A stretch of 64,000 nucleotides of DNA, from NCBI GenBank assembly GCA_018830005.1, contig JAHJTE010000001.1, positions 1,332 to 65,331 of the forward strand, written 5' to 3'. A program made the translations under genes and the position numbers. Source of the DNA: Candidatus Omnitrophota bacterium (lineage in GTDB: Bacteria; Omnitrophota; Gorgyraeia; JAHJTE01). This document shows, piece by piece, positions 19,041 through 28,687 of this stretch (positions are counted from its first letter, which is position 1; the number at the start of each line of letters is the position of its first letter). The notes under the pieces were generated by a model, which was given only the letters and a program-made list of their open reading frames with translations, did no database searches and had not been told where the DNA came from.

Positions 19041-19699
19041 ATCTTGCCAATAAGGGCATTGAGGAGCTGCTGTTCATTTTCGATTAATGTAAGGGCAATG
19101 ATATCATCTCCTGCCTCTAAAACTGTATCGCCTTTAGGCACAATCACCTCATCGCCTCGAATAATGGAAACAAAAACCGAATCAGCCGGCAGCTTAATGG
19201 ACTGGACATCTTTCTTTATCACGGGTGAATCCGCCGGTAAATCAACTCTCACAATAGCAAGTTTTCCGCGTTTAAAACTTAGGAGATTGACAAAGTCGGC
19301 AAACGAGACCTCTTCTTCAACAATCTTGGCGATGATCTCAGTAGCGTCTATGGGGACATCAACCCCTAACTGACTGAATATCTTTTCATTGGCTGGGTCA
19401 TTTACTCGCGAGACAGTACGCGCCACATGAAATTTCTCCTTAGCCAGCTGACAAATCACTAAATTATCCTCATCGCTTCCTGTTACCACAGCAACAACAT
19501 CGCAACGATCAATGCGCGCATCCTCCAAGACATGAGGATCGCAGCCGTCTCCGCAGATTACTAAGGCGTTTAATATCTTGGCCAACTCTTCGCAGACTTC
19601 CTTATCGCTATCAATAAGTACCACAGCATGTTTATCCGCGATTAAACGCGTAGCCAGAGAATATCCGACCCTTCCTGCTCCAACAATTATTATATACAC
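19037..19699 (-). CDS. trkA: TrkA/KtrA regulatory subunit (RCK_N plus RCK_C)
   Basis: 220 aa; Rossmann-type motif IIIVGAGRVG and a C-terminal TrkA-C-like region. Confidence 0.8.
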   Translation of the reverse strand: MYIIIVGAGRVGYSLATRLIADKHAVVLIDSDKEVCEELAKILNALVICGDGCDPHVLEDARIDRCDVVAVVTGSDEDNLVICQLAKEKFHVARTVSRVNDPANEKIFSQLGVDVPIDATEIIAKIVEEEVSFADFVNLLSFKRGKLAIVRVDLPADSPVIKKDVQSIKLPADSVFVSIIRGDEVIVPKGDTVLEAGDDIIALTLIENEQQLLNALIGKI

Positions 19700-19732
19700 C
19701 GCGCCCTCCTTGGATGAACAGGCAGCATAAAC

Positions 19733-20128
19733 CTATTTAATTTTATCTTTGATAACTTCAGCAAAAATAACCGTGCCGCTTACTGTATCAAGCCCTAATG
19801 TCTTATAAATGGCTGCCCTCTGAGGATCATATACACGTGCAAAGACCTTAGGCACTTTAAAAATCTTCTTAGCAATCTGCGAGGCCATAATATTCGTATT
19901 GTCATAATCAGTCAGGGCGCAAAAGACATCTGCCTTTTCAATGCCCGCCTTCTTCAGCACATCGCTATTACATCCGTTGCCCGTCTGTGTGATGCCGTTA
20001 AAGGTCTGGCCAACGCGATCAAAGGCGGCGATGTTTTTGTCCACAACCACTACGTTATGGCCTTCCTCGCTTAAAAGCTTAGCTAACTGTGCCCCGACTC
20101 TTCCACAACCAACAATAATTATGTACAT
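19733..20128 (-). CDS. TrkA-N (RCK_N) domain-only protein
   Basis: 131 aa; IIIVGCGRVGAQLAKLL Rossmann motif and no C-terminal domain. Confidence 0.75.
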   Translation of the reverse strand: MYIIIVGCGRVGAQLAKLLSEEGHNVVVVDKNIAAFDRVGQTFNGITQTGNGCNSDVLKKAGIEKADVFCALTDYDNTNIMASQIAKKIFKVPKVFARVYDPQRAAIYKTLGLDTVSGTVIFAEVIKDKIK

Positions 20129-20202
20129 AGTAAACCTCTAAAGTTTAGTCCTCAGCTTCCAGTTTTGAAGATTTATCTTTCTGATAACTAATAACTCTCA
20201 GA

Positions 20203-20550
20203 TTAGTGCTTGCTGATTTCAACCAACTTCTTAAACGTCTTAGGATCATTTACTGCCACATCCGCAAGCATCTTCCTATCTAGGGCTATCTTTGCCTTGA
20301 GGAGGCCATTGATAAAGCGGCTATAACTTATCTTGTTCAGTCTGCAGGCAGCATTGATTCGCACAATCCAAAGCCTGCGAAAATCACGCTTGCGCACTCT
20401 TCTGTCACGATAGGCAAAAGCAAGCCCGCGTTCTACCGTACCCTTTGCAAGTTTATATCGCTTACTACGGTCTCCCCAGAAACCCTTTGCTGCCTTTAAT
20501 ATCTTTTTTCTTCTTTTTCTACTTCCGGGACTCCTTGTTGATCGTGCCAT
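20203..20550 (-). CDS. rplT: 50S ribosomal protein L20
   Basis: 115 aa; typical basic L20 sequence ([30 protein letters not shown]). Confidence 0.95.
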   Translation of the reverse strand: MARSTRSPGSRKRRKKILKAAKGFWGDRSKRYKLAKGTVERGLAFAYRDRRVRKRDFRRLWIVRINAACRLNKISYSRFINGLLKAKIALDRKMLADVAVNDPKTFKKLVEISKH

Positions 20551-20663
20551 GCTCTACCCCTCTCATTGTAATTAACACAGGCGATCTCAAATAAATTCAT
20601 CTTAAGATCATCTGTATGTTTTGTCCCGTTAGATATTCATACATCCGACGGGATCATATACAT

Positions 20664-20861
20664 TTATCCATAAGGCAGAAGACGCCTTGCCAGCTTTGTA
20701 TCCGGGCCGCTGATTAATGACGTTTTTCTTAAACGTCTTTTGCGATTAGCGTTCTTCTTGGTCAAGATATGGCCCTTACCGGCTTTGTGTCTTTTGATTT
20801 TACCACTCTTAGTAAGTCTTGCTCTCTTTGCGAAAGATTTATTCGTCTTTAATTTAGGCAT
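20664..20861 (-). CDS. rpmI: 50S ribosomal protein L35
   Basis: 65 aa; MPKLKTNKSFAKR... is typical of L35. Confidence 0.95.
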   Translation of the reverse strand: MPKLKTNKSFAKRARLTKSGKIKRHKAGKGHILTKKNANRKRRLRKTSLISGPDTKLARRLLPYG

Positions 20862-20960
20862 ACAAACCTCGTTTCAGAATAGACTAAAGACACCTGCCTA
20901 GATTAGACAGACTTTATATCGATCTCCAATCTAATTCGTGCCTTTCCTATCTCTTATTTT

Positions 20961-21479
20961 TTATTTATTTGGTGCAAAGACCATGCTCATAACTCTACCT
21001 TCAAAGGATGGAGACTTCTCCATCTGGCCTTCCTTTGACATATCGCTGATAAATTTATCCAGAACTCGCTTGCCAATTTCCTTATGAGCCATCTCTCTGC
21101 CTCGGAAGAAAAGATTGACCTTTACCTTATTGCCTTTCTCCAAGAATTCCAAGGCGTGTCGCAATTTCACCTGATAATCATGGTCTTCGATATTAGGCTT
21201 AACCCGAATCTCTTTAATAAGGACTCGCTTCTGATGATGCTTGGCCTCTCGCTCCTTCTTTTCCTGGTCATATTTAAACTTAGCAAAGTCCATAACCCTA
21301 CATACTGGGGGCTTGACATTACCGGCAACCTCTACTAAATCAAGCTCGCGTTCCTCAGCAAGCTCAATGCCTCGAGATAATTCAACAATGCCCAGCTGTT
21401 CCCCTTCAGCGCCAATCAGTCTTATCTGACTTGCGCGGATACCTCTGTTAACCCGTATGTTCTTACGAATCTCTACCAC
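20961..21479 (-). CDS. infC: Translation initiation factor IF-3
   Basis: 172 aa; IRASQIRLIGAEGEQLGIV and the C-terminal domain. The start overlaps the thrS stop. Confidence 0.9.
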   Translation of the reverse strand: MVEIRKNIRVNRGIRASQIRLIGAEGEQLGIVELSRGIELAEERELDLVEVAGNVKPPVCRVMDFAKFKYDQEKKEREAKHHQKRVLIKEIRVKPNIEDHDYQVKLRHALEFLEKGNKVKVNLFFRGREMAHKEIGKRVLDKFISDMSKEGQMEKSPSFEGRVMSMVFAPNK

Positions 21480-23197
21480 CTCCTTTTTTCTTCTATGTCC
21501 ATCTTTGCCTTTTCAATAAAATCTTCTATCTTCATCGTACCTTGATCGCCTATGGAGCGTTTTCTTACGGAGACAACATTCTTATTGCATTCCTTTTCGC
21601 CGATAACCAAGATGTAGGGAATCCTGGCCTTTTCTGCTTGGCGGATTTTTTTACCTAGAGTCTGGTTACTTAAATCAATCTCTACGCGCAATTTTTCTTT
21701 GATTAAGCGCTGTTTTAGTTTTTGGCAGTATTCATTGAGCGCATCTTTTAAAGGCAAAATAATCACCTGGGTTGGTGAAAGCCAAAGCGGCAATGCCCCT
21801 GAATAGTGTTCTAGAAGCGCGCCGATAAATCTCTCCAGACTTCCTAATATAACGCGATGAAGCATAATAGGTTGTTTTTCTTTGCCATCTTTACCTATAT
21901 AGGTTAAATCAAAACGGCCGGGGAGAGCAAAGTCACACTGGATTGTAGCGCATTGCCATGTCCTTTTTAATGCATCCTTTAATTTAATGTCAATCTTAGG
22001 GCCATAGAATGCGCCTTCGCCGACATTAATCGAAAAATCGAGGGATTTCTCCTTCAGCGAATCCTGGAGTGCCTTGGTTGCCTCCTGCCACTGCTGTGGC
22101 TGACCTATATATTTCTCCGGCTGCGTACTTAACTCAATGTGTATATCATTAAAACCAAATACCTTCATCGTATCTAGAACAAAATCTATAACATTTTTAA
22201 TTTCATCCTTTAAATCTTCCTGGCAGCAAAATATGTGCGCATCATCCTGGGTAAAACCTCTCACTCTTAACAGGCCGTGAAGCACGCCGCTCTTTTCATA
22301 ACGATATACTGTACCTAGTTCAAATAATCTCAAAGGCAGATCGCGGTAGCTGCGCAATTTAGATTTGTAAATCAAAATATGGCCAGGACAATTCATCGGC
22401 TTCAGGGCATACTCTTTCTCATCAATATTAAAAACAAACATATTATCCCGATAATATTCATAATGACCGGATTGTACCCAGAGGTCCTGCTTTAATATAT
22501 GCGGTGTTATTACCATATCATAGCCGCGGCTTAGATGTTCGTTCTTTTCGTAATCCTCGATGATATTCCTTAACATCGCGCCCTTTGGATGATAAAAGAC
22601 AAGACCGGCGCCTGCCTTTTCATGATAGATATCAAAGTAACCTAATTCTGGCCCGAGTTTTCTGTGGTCTCTTTTTTTAGCCTCTTCTTGGCGCTTTAAA
22701 TAATCATTGAGTAACTTCTTATCGGAGAATACCGTGCCATATACCCTCTGCAGCATTGGGTTTGTCTCTATGCCGTGCCAGTATGCACCTGCTAAAGAAA
22801 GCAATTTAAACGCCTTAATCTCTCCTGTTGATTTTATATGTGGGCCGCGGCACAAATCAATAAAATCATCGCCGGTTTTATAAATCGTAACCTCTTCATC
22901 TGGGATTTCTGAAAGCAGTGATAATTTGTATTGTTCGTTTCTTTTCTTGAATAATCTTATTGCCTCATCCTTGGACAGAACCTCACGCTTGAATTTTTCA
23001 TTGCGCTTGATAATCTGCTGCATCCTGGCTTCGATCTTAGCTAAATCTGCATCACAAAAAGGCTCCTCTCTATCGAAATCATAATAAAAGCCATCTTCAA
23101 TGGCAGGGCCGATGCCAAGCTTGACCTCTGGCCAGAGCTCTTTTACTGCCTGAGCTAAAACATGCGAACAAGAATGTCTTAATGTTTCTAAATTCAT
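21473..23197 (-). CDS. thrS: Threonyl-tRNA synthetase (lacks the N-terminal TGS domain)
   Basis: 574 aa; editing domain, class II catalytic core and anticodon-binding domain. Confidence 0.9.
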   Translation of the reverse strand: MNLETLRHSCSHVLAQAVKELWPEVKLGIGPAIEDGFYYDFDREEPFCDADLAKIEARMQQIIKRNEKFKREVLSKDEAIRLFKKRNEQYKLSLLSEIPDEEVTIYKTGDDFIDLCRGPHIKSTGEIKAFKLLSLAGAYWHGIETNPMLQRVYGTVFSDKKLLNDYLKRQEEAKKRDHRKLGPELGYFDIYHEKAGAGLVFYHPKGAMLRNIIEDYEKNEHLSRGYDMVITPHILKQDLWVQSGHYEYYRDNMFVFNIDEKEYALKPMNCPGHILIYKSKLRSYRDLPLRLFELGTVYRYEKSGVLHGLLRVRGFTQDDAHIFCCQEDLKDEIKNVIDFVLDTMKVFGFNDIHIELSTQPEKYIGQPQQWQEATKALQDSLKEKSLDFSINVGEGAFYGPKIDIKLKDALKRTWQCATIQCDFALPGRFDLTYIGKDGKEKQPIMLHRVILGSLERFIGALLEHYSGALPLWLSPTQVIILPLKDALNEYCQKLKQRLIKEKLRVEIDLSNQTLGKKIRQAEKARIPYILVIGEKECNKNVVSVRKRSIGDQGTMKIEDFIEKAKMDIEEKRRW

Positions 23198-23198
23198 C

Positions 23199-23666
23199 TT
23201 ATTTCTTTTTTTTCAGTCTTAAGCTGCTCTTTAAACTATCTAAATCGGCAATATCCGAGTGCCGCTTTAATCTCTTCTTTGATTTTAGCAACTCATCTAT
23301 CCCGATAATATTGACCTTAATGCCATCAAAGTTAGCAATCTTTCTATTGCGCCAAGCATGCTCAAACTTTACTGCTGGAATGCCCATTATTATATCAACC
23401 CTTACGGGTTCAACGCCTATCTGATAAACAAGATCTTTATTAGTAAAATCCTCAACCGCCACATCCTTTAAAGGGGCTCCAAATTCTTCTAATGACTCAT
23501 AAGTCTTTTTAGCATTCTTTATTTCAGGTTTTATCCAAATGTCTAAATCTTTAGTGTAGCGTGGTTCGGTATAGTGTATAACGGCGTAGGCGCCTACTAT
23601 TAAATACTTAACCCTATGCCTGTTTAAGAGCTTCAATAGTTCTTTGTAATCGTAAGGTTTGAGCAT
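23199..23666 (-). CDS. Small nucleotidyltransferase-fold protein (minimal nucleotidyltransferase, DUF2204/DUF6036-like)
   Basis: 155 aa; LIVGAYAVIHYTEPRYTKDLDIWI fits the hG-x(13)-DhD nucleotidyltransferase signature. Basic C-terminal tail. Confidence 0.4.
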   Translation of the reverse strand: MLKPYDYKELLKLLNRHRVKYLIVGAYAVIHYTEPRYTKDLDIWIKPEIKNAKKTYESLEEFGAPLKDVAVEDFTNKDLVYQIGVEPVRVDIIMGIPAVKFEHAWRNRKIANFDGIKVNIIGIDELLKSKKRLKRHSDIADLDSLKSSLRLKKKK

Positions 23667-23817
23667 TTATTTTTTTTCCTTTTAATCTGTAAAAATCCCT
23701 TAGCATATCAAAGCTAACCGTAAAACGTGCACTTGCGCTTTGTGTCTGCCAAAATTTGATGTCAAAACTTCGGCCTGCCTTAGAAAGCGGAACCATTCTC
23801 TCCCATATCTTTTTCAT
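23614..23817 (-). CDS. Small hypothetical protein upstream of the nucleotidyltransferase and overlapping it (possible partner)
   Basis: About 67 aa from an internal Met (MKKIWERMVPLSK...) of the 85-aa ORF 23614..23871. Its 3' end overlaps the nucleotidyltransferase gene by 53 nt. No recognisable motif. Confidence 0.25.
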   Translation of the reverse strand: MKKIWERMVPLSKAGRSFDIKFWQTQSASARFTVSFDMLRDFYRLKGKKINAQTLRLQRTIEALKQA

Positions 23818-23916
23818 TTTAGCGCCTGCTCCTTTAACGTCTGGTTTTATCATGCAACCACAAATACTCATAATATAGCTTGCGGCTTGGGATAGATTTT
23901 ACGTCGTCACATTCCA

Positions 23917-23991
23917 TGGGCGGTACTGGACTCGAACCAGTGACCTTCACGATGTCAACGTGACGCGCTAACCAGGCTGCGCCAACCGCCC
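23917..23991 (-). tRNA. tRNA-Val (anticodon GAC)
   Basis: GGGCGGTTGGCGCAGCCTGGTTAGCGCGTCACGTTGACATCGTGAAGGTCACTGGTTCGAGTCCAGTACCGCCCA; cloverleaf with a TTGACAT anticodon loop; no encoded CCA. Confidence 0.85.
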
Positions 23992-24032
23992 TAATATTAA
24001 TACTTTTTTTCAACTTCTCGTCATACAAGTAA

Positions 24033-24116
24033 TGCCGAGAGAGGGAGTCGAACCCTCACGCCCTTACGGACAAGGGATTTTAAATCCCTATTGTCTACCA
24101 GTTCCAACATCTCGGC
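24033..24116 (-). tRNA. tRNA-Leu (anticodon TAA), long variable arm
   Basis: GCCGAGATGTTGGAACTGGTAGACAATAGGGATTTAAAATCCCTTGTCCGTAAGGGCGTGAGGGTTCGACTCCCTCTCTCGGCA. Confidence 0.85.
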
Positions 24117-24133
24117 AATGTTAATTGTAATTT

Positions 24134-24208
24134 TGGAGGCGACGAGCGGATTCGAACCGCTGGATAAAGGTTTTGCAGACCTCCCCCTTGCCACTTGGGT
24201 ACGTCGCC
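24134..24208 (-). tRNA. tRNA-Cys (anticodon GCA), CCA encoded
   Basis: GGCGACGTACCCAAGTGGCAAGGGGGAGGTCTGCAAAACCTTTATCCAGCGGTTCGAATCCGCTCGTCGCCTCCA; anticodon stem GAGGT/ACCTT, loop CTGCAAA. Confidence 0.8.
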
Positions 24209-24218
24209 AAAAATATCA

Positions 24219-24761
24219 TTACAGAAGCTGCTTAATTCGTTTGGCAATATCTGCTACGTCGACAAGCCGACCCCAGCCAACATCCCCTGATGCCAGTTTT
24301 CCTTTTAGGGGGCCGATAAACTGATAACCAATCTTTTTTAACTTTGCGATGTTCTCCTGTGTAACTGGATGTTTAAACATCACCTCGTGCATTGCCGGAG
24401 CGATTAATATCTTTGCCTTAGTCGCAATAACAGTTGAGCTCAACAAATCATCGCAAATACCTGCTGCCAGTTTTGCAATAATATTTGCAGTCGCCGGAGC
24501 AATCACGATCAAATTGGCTTTTCCTGCCAAGGATACGTGATACTCATCCCATTCACTTTCTTTGGAAAATAAATCTGTATAAACACGCTTGCCAGATAGA
24601 GTCCTGAAGGTTAAAGGCCGAACTAATTCCTGAGCCTCCTTGGTCATCAGGACTATCACATTTATATTAGACTGTTTAAGTATTCGCACTAATTCACAGG
24701 CCTTATAGATTGCGATACTTCCGGTCACGCCTAAGATTACGTTTTTTTTCTGCTTTGCCAT
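24219..24761 (-). CDS. coaC: Phosphopantothenoylcysteine decarboxylase-type flavoprotein (stand-alone CoaC-like)
   Basis: 180 aa; ILGVTGSIAIYK flavoprotein motif. Sits in the rpoZ-coaBC position of the conserved gmk-rpoZ-coaBC cluster but lacks the CoaB half. Confidence 0.7.
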   Translation of the reverse strand: MAKQKKNVILGVTGSIAIYKACELVRILKQSNINVIVLMTKEAQELVRPLTFRTLSGKRVYTDLFSKESEWDEYHVSLAGKANLIVIAPATANIIAKLAAGICDDLLSSTVIATKAKILIAPAMHEVMFKHPVTQENIAKLKKIGYQFIGPLKGKLASGDVGWGRLVDVADIAKRIKQLL

Positions 24762-24762
24762 T

Positions 24763-24975
24763 TTAAGTCTTCTTTGTCTTTGCCTGTTTTATTCTGACCT
24801 TGCCTTGAGCTATTTCTTCCAAGGCAATGCTACCTGGTTTTGAACTACTGGTCTTTTCCACAAGGGGTGGAGCGCCTTCAGCAATTTCAAAGGCACGCTT
24901 AGAGGCAAGTACCACCAACTTATATAAACTATTGTCTGTCTTATCTATTAATTTTTCTAATGGAATGTAGGGCAT
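24763..24975 (-). CDS. rpoZ: DNA-directed RNA polymerase omega subunit
   Basis: 70 aa; KLIDKTDNSLYKLVVLASKRA is typical of RpoZ. Confidence 0.85.
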   Translation of the reverse strand: MPYIPLEKLIDKTDNSLYKLVVLASKRAFEIAEGAPPLVEKTSSSKPGSIALEEIAQGKVRIKQAKTKKT

Positions 24976-25564
24976 GCTCTCTCCTGCAATGTTCTGCTAA
25001 AATTATTGACTTTAACTCTTCTATGGCCCAATCAATATCGTTGTTTATTATAATGTAGTTATACTCCTTTACTGATTTAATCTCCTGTTTTGCCAGTTTC
25101 AGGCGGGCGCAGATTGCGCGCTCGCTATCCGTAGAACGCAACCTGAGTCTCTCCTCCAATGTCTTCAGATTAGGAGGCATGATAAAAATAGTAACTGCTC
25201 CTTTTTTAAATCTGCTTTTCTTTAACTGACGCGCACCGCCTACGTCAACGCAAAGAAGCATATCTTTTCCTTTCTTGATGGTGTCTTTAACATATTTTAA
25301 TTGGGTCCCGTAGTTATAACCTAAGACATTTTTCCATTCAAGCATCCATTTCTTGTTCTTATATCTAGCGAAAATATCCTCACTAACAAAAAAATAATCC
25401 CGGCCATCAACCTCGCCTAATCTTATTGGCCTGGTTGTAAAAGAAACAGATTGCGCCAATCGTGGCCGCATGTCATCAAGCGCCATTAGCATCTTACACA
25501 ACGTGGTCTTGCCTGATCCGGAAGGGCCGGATACTATAAATAGCCTTCCTTTGCTTTTTTTCAT
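24941..25564 (-). CDS. gmk: Guanylate kinase
   Basis: 207 aa; P-loop GPSGSGKTT and a GMP-binding region. Confidence 0.9.
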   Translation of the reverse strand: MKKSKGRLFIVSGPSGSGKTTLCKMLMALDDMRPRLAQSVSFTTRPIRLGEVDGRDYFFVSEDIFARYKNKKWMLEWKNVLGYNYGTQLKYVKDTIKKGKDMLLCVDVGGARQLKKSRFKKGAVTIFIMPPNLKTLEERLRLRSTDSERAICARLKLAKQEIKSVKEYNYIIINNDIDWAIEELKSIILAEHCRREHALHSIRKINR

Positions 25565-25637
25565 CTCTTGCTCCTAATTTACACAGATGATCCTAAGATG
25601 TCAGCCTCTTAAAGTAGAATCTGCGTCCGTGCGTGGT

Positions 25638-26468
25638 TTATTCCACATTCTGTAGCTGCTCGCGAATCTTTTCTAACTGGCTTTTAATCTTTACTACTGC
25701 ATATGAGACGAGCTTATCTGGTACCTTTGCCCCTAATGTATTTACCTCTCTCTGGAGTTCCTGAGAGATAAAATCTAACTCCTTACCAATAGATTCATTA
25801 TTCGTACGGCAAGCTGTGCGAGAAAAATTAGCAAGATGAAACTTCAACCTCACAAGCTCCTCGCTCACATCAGCGCTTCTCTTAAAAGAAACTAGCTCCT
25901 CCTTTGACAACCTCTTCTTGGCACGCAGAAATATCTTAGGAAACTCCCTTTCTATAAAGCTTATTTTGCTCTTGATAAATGCGGCCCTTTCTTTTAGGTC
26001 TCTATATATTGCTACTCCTTCCTTCCTGCGCATCTGCACCACAGCCTCTATTGCCATGCCTAAGCTTGAGGCAATAAGGTTCTTCACTGTGCCTGCATTG
26101 GCAGCTATACCCTGCGGCTCCTTGAGAACCTTAGGCAGATTGATTGCTTGCGAAAAAGAAATATCGCCAGAGATGCCGAATCTCCTCTTAAGCTCCCGGG
26201 CAAGGCGTGTATAGGCAGAAATCACATCCGGGTTTATATTAGGGCTAATCGCAGCTTTATTGGTAATATTAAAAGAAACTGTAACCTTGCCTCTTTTTAT
26301 CCTGCCTTTAATTTTTGTCTTTAAGTAGGCCTCTAGCCAGCGTAATGATTCCGGTAAATATATTGCATAATCAAGATAACGATGATTGAGTGTGCGCACC
26401 TGCACAGTTACCTTAAGCTTACTATTTTCTGCCTCTGATTGTCCGAAACCAGACATTCCCCTAATCAT
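25638..26468 (-). CDS. yicC: YicC-family stress-induced protein
   Basis: 276 aa; MIRGMSGFG N-terminus and the YicC N/DUF1732 C-terminal architecture. Upstream of gmk, as in many bacteria. Confidence 0.8.
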   Translation of the reverse strand: MIRGMSGFGQSEAENSKLKVTVQVRTLNHRYLDYAIYLPESLRWLEAYLKTKIKGRIKRGKVTVSFNITNKAAISPNINPDVISAYTRLARELKRRFGISGDISFSQAINLPKVLKEPQGIAANAGTVKNLIASSLGMAIEAVVQMRRKEGVAIYRDLKERAAFIKSKISFIEREFPKIFLRAKKRLSKEELVSFKRSADVSEELVRLKFHLANFSRTACRTNNESIGKELDFISQELQREVNTLGAKVPDKLVSYAVVKIKSQLEKIREQLQNVE

Positions 26469-26493
26469 GGATCTCTATCGCCCCCTCCCTAAT

Positions 26494-26985
26494 TTATTTA
26501 TAGCGTCCTTTGTCTACATCAACAATGATCTCTTCATCAGAAAACCACAAATTTATCTCCCTCTCGGCATCTGCCTCATTTGCTGAGACATGAACAACGT
26601 TTTCATATACGCCGCCGGTGGTAATGCGTCCATAAGAGCCACGAATAGTTGTCGCCTCTGCCTCCTCTGGATTTGTGGTTCCGGCGAGCTGTCTTACTTT
26701 TTTAATCGCATCCGTCCCCCAGTATACAAGCGCCATTACCTTCCTTCTGTCATGCAGCTCTCCCATAATATACTTCATCAGCTCTGGGAAAAATGGTTTA
26801 TCTTTTAGGTGGCTGTAATGCTCCTGTGCTAATTTTTTGCTAACCCTGACTACCTTTGCGGCCACGATTTCCAGTTTTGTCTCTGAAAGCCGAGTAAGAA
26901 TATTGCCGGTTAAAGATTTTTTTAACCCGTCGGGCTTGATTAAAACTAAGGTTGCCTGGTTTCTTGTTTCTTTGTCTTTGTTCAT
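26494..26985 (-). CDS. ndk: Nucleoside diphosphate kinase
   Basis: 163 aa; LVLIKPDG, active-site His in NVVHVS, and REINLWF. Confidence 0.85.
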   Translation of the reverse strand: MNKDKETRNQATLVLIKPDGLKKSLTGNILTRLSETKLEIVAAKVVRVSKKLAQEHYSHLKDKPFFPELMKYIMGELHDRRKVMALVYWGTDAIKKVRQLAGTTNPEEAEATTIRGSYGRITTGGVYENVVHVSANEADAEREINLWFSDEEIIVDVDKGRYK

Positions 26986-27833
26986 CTCTTTAATAGCTCC
27001 GTTAATCGCTCCAAATCATCCAGATTATAAAACTCAATAACAATCGTGCCCTTATTTTTCTTTGATATATTAATTCGCACTTTTGTGCCTATTTTCTGCT
27101 GCAAGTTTTCTTCCGCAGCAAGAACATGCGCATCTTTCATGCTGCGCCTTGCAGATGTCTTTTTGCGTTTAGGACTTTCCTGAATTAATCTTTCTAATTC
27201 CCGCACGCTTAAAGAATTTGCAATTATTTTGTCGAAAAAATTTAACTGGTCTTTTGTAGCTGCTAATCCTAATAAAGCACGGGCATGCCCCATTGATATT
27301 GTGTTTTTACTAACCTCATCTTGAATCTCTTTTGGCAATTTGAGCAACCTTAAAGTATTAGAAATAGTAACCCTATCTTTTCCTACAGAGCTTGCCACAA
27401 CTTCTTGTGAAAAACCAAAGTCATTAATCAAGCGCTTAAACGCATGCGCCTCTTCTATGGGATTTAATTTCTCCCTTTGAATATTTTCAATAATCGACAA
27501 AACCAATGAATCTTTATTTTCTACATCTTTAATTATTACAGGAACTTGCGTCATTTTTAGTATTTTGGCTGCGCGTAAACGCCTTTCTCCTGCAACCAAC
27601 TCATATCCTGTGCTTGTAAGGCGCACAATAAGTGGTTGCAAAATCCCCTTCTCTTTTATGGAAGCAGACAGATCGTTTAATCTATCCTGAGCAAAATTCT
27701 CACGTGGCTGATATGTATTAGATTTTATCTTGTATACTTCAACATACTCAATGGACAATGATTGCTTGGCAGCGCTTTTGGGTCTTTCTGGGATTAAGGC
27801 AGCAAGGCCTCTGCCCAAGGCTTTAGTTGACAT
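26982..27833 (-). CDS. parB: Chromosome partitioning protein ParB/Spo0J
   Basis: 283 aa; VAGERRLRAAK ParB box and an HTH. Confidence 0.9.
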   Translation of the reverse strand: MSTKALGRGLAALIPERPKSAAKQSLSIEYVEVYKIKSNTYQPRENFAQDRLNDLSASIKEKGILQPLIVRLTSTGYELVAGERRLRAAKILKMTQVPVIIKDVENKDSLVLSIIENIQREKLNPIEEAHAFKRLINDFGFSQEVVASSVGKDRVTISNTLRLLKLPKEIQDEVSKNTISMGHARALLGLAATKDQLNFFDKIIANSLSVRELERLIQESPKRKKTSARRSMKDAHVLAAEENLQQKIGTKVRINISKKNKGTIVIEFYNLDDLERLTELLKR

Positions 27834-27915
27834 GATATTTCTCCTTACGCTCTATATATGCGTAAATGTCCAATATTATACATTAATTTACTATAACTCC
27901 TTTATTTTCATAGTG

Positions 27916-28683
27916 TTACATCAAATTATTACCCAAAATCTCTTTTGTCAATGATTCATACATCTTGGCCCCAAGAGAATTCTTGTCATGGAATAATATT
28001 GGTTTGCCATAACTAGGAGCCTCGCTAAGTCTTACATTCCTAGGTATAACTGTCTGGAACACCTTATCCTTAAAATACTCCCTCGCCTCTTGTATCACTT
28101 CTTGAGTTAAATTAGTGCGGTAATCAGCCATAGTTAACAATATGCCTTCAATACCCAGGTTGGGGTTTATTCTCTCTTTGACCAATTGGATGCTTTGCAA
28201 TAACTGGGTTAGACCTTCAAGAGCATAATACTCGCACTGAAGTGGTATTAAAACAGTATCTGCGGCTACGAGGCTATTAAGAGCAAGCAGACCTAATGAC
28301 GGCGGGGCATCAATAATAATGTAATCGTAACTTTCTCTTATGGGAGCAATTATCTCGCGTAGTCGAAGCTCTCTATTCTCAGCATTAGCTAGCTCGATTT
28401 CAAAGGCGACTAAATCAACATTGGCAGGTACTATATCTAAGCCAGATATAGCGGTCTTTTTTGAGGCTTCTTGCAGATGTTTGTCTCCAATAAGGCAGTG
28501 GTAAATGGAAATGTCCAGAGATCTCTTGTCAAGACCAATGCCGCTAGTAGAATTACCCTGAGGATCAATGTCCACTAACAGCACCTTTTTACCAGCGGTT
28601 GCCATGTAAGTGGCTAAATTGATTGCGGTTGTGGTCTTGCCTGTACCGCCTTTTTGATTACAAATTGTAATGGCTTTTGCCAT
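27916..28683 (-). CDS. parA: Chromosome partitioning ATPase ParA/Soj
   Basis: 255 aa; deviant Walker A KGGTGKTTTAINLA. Confidence 0.9.
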   Translation of the reverse strand: MAKAITICNQKGGTGKTTTAINLATYMATAGKKVLLVDIDPQGNSTSGIGLDKRSLDISIYHCLIGDKHLQEASKKTAISGLDIVPANVDLVAFEIELANAENRELRLREIIAPIRESYDYIIIDAPPSLGLLALNSLVAADTVLIPLQCEYYALEGLTQLLQSIQLVKERINPNLGIEGILLTMADYRTNLTQEVIQEAREYFKDKVFQTVIPRNVRLSEAPSYGKPILFHDKNSLGAKMYESLTKEILGNNLM

Positions 28684-28687
28684 ATGT

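Noticed and set aside
23834-24028. 64-aa minus-strand ORF
   Set aside because: It lies entirely across tRNA-Val and the tRNA-Leu 3' region, so it is an artefact of translating tRNA DNA.
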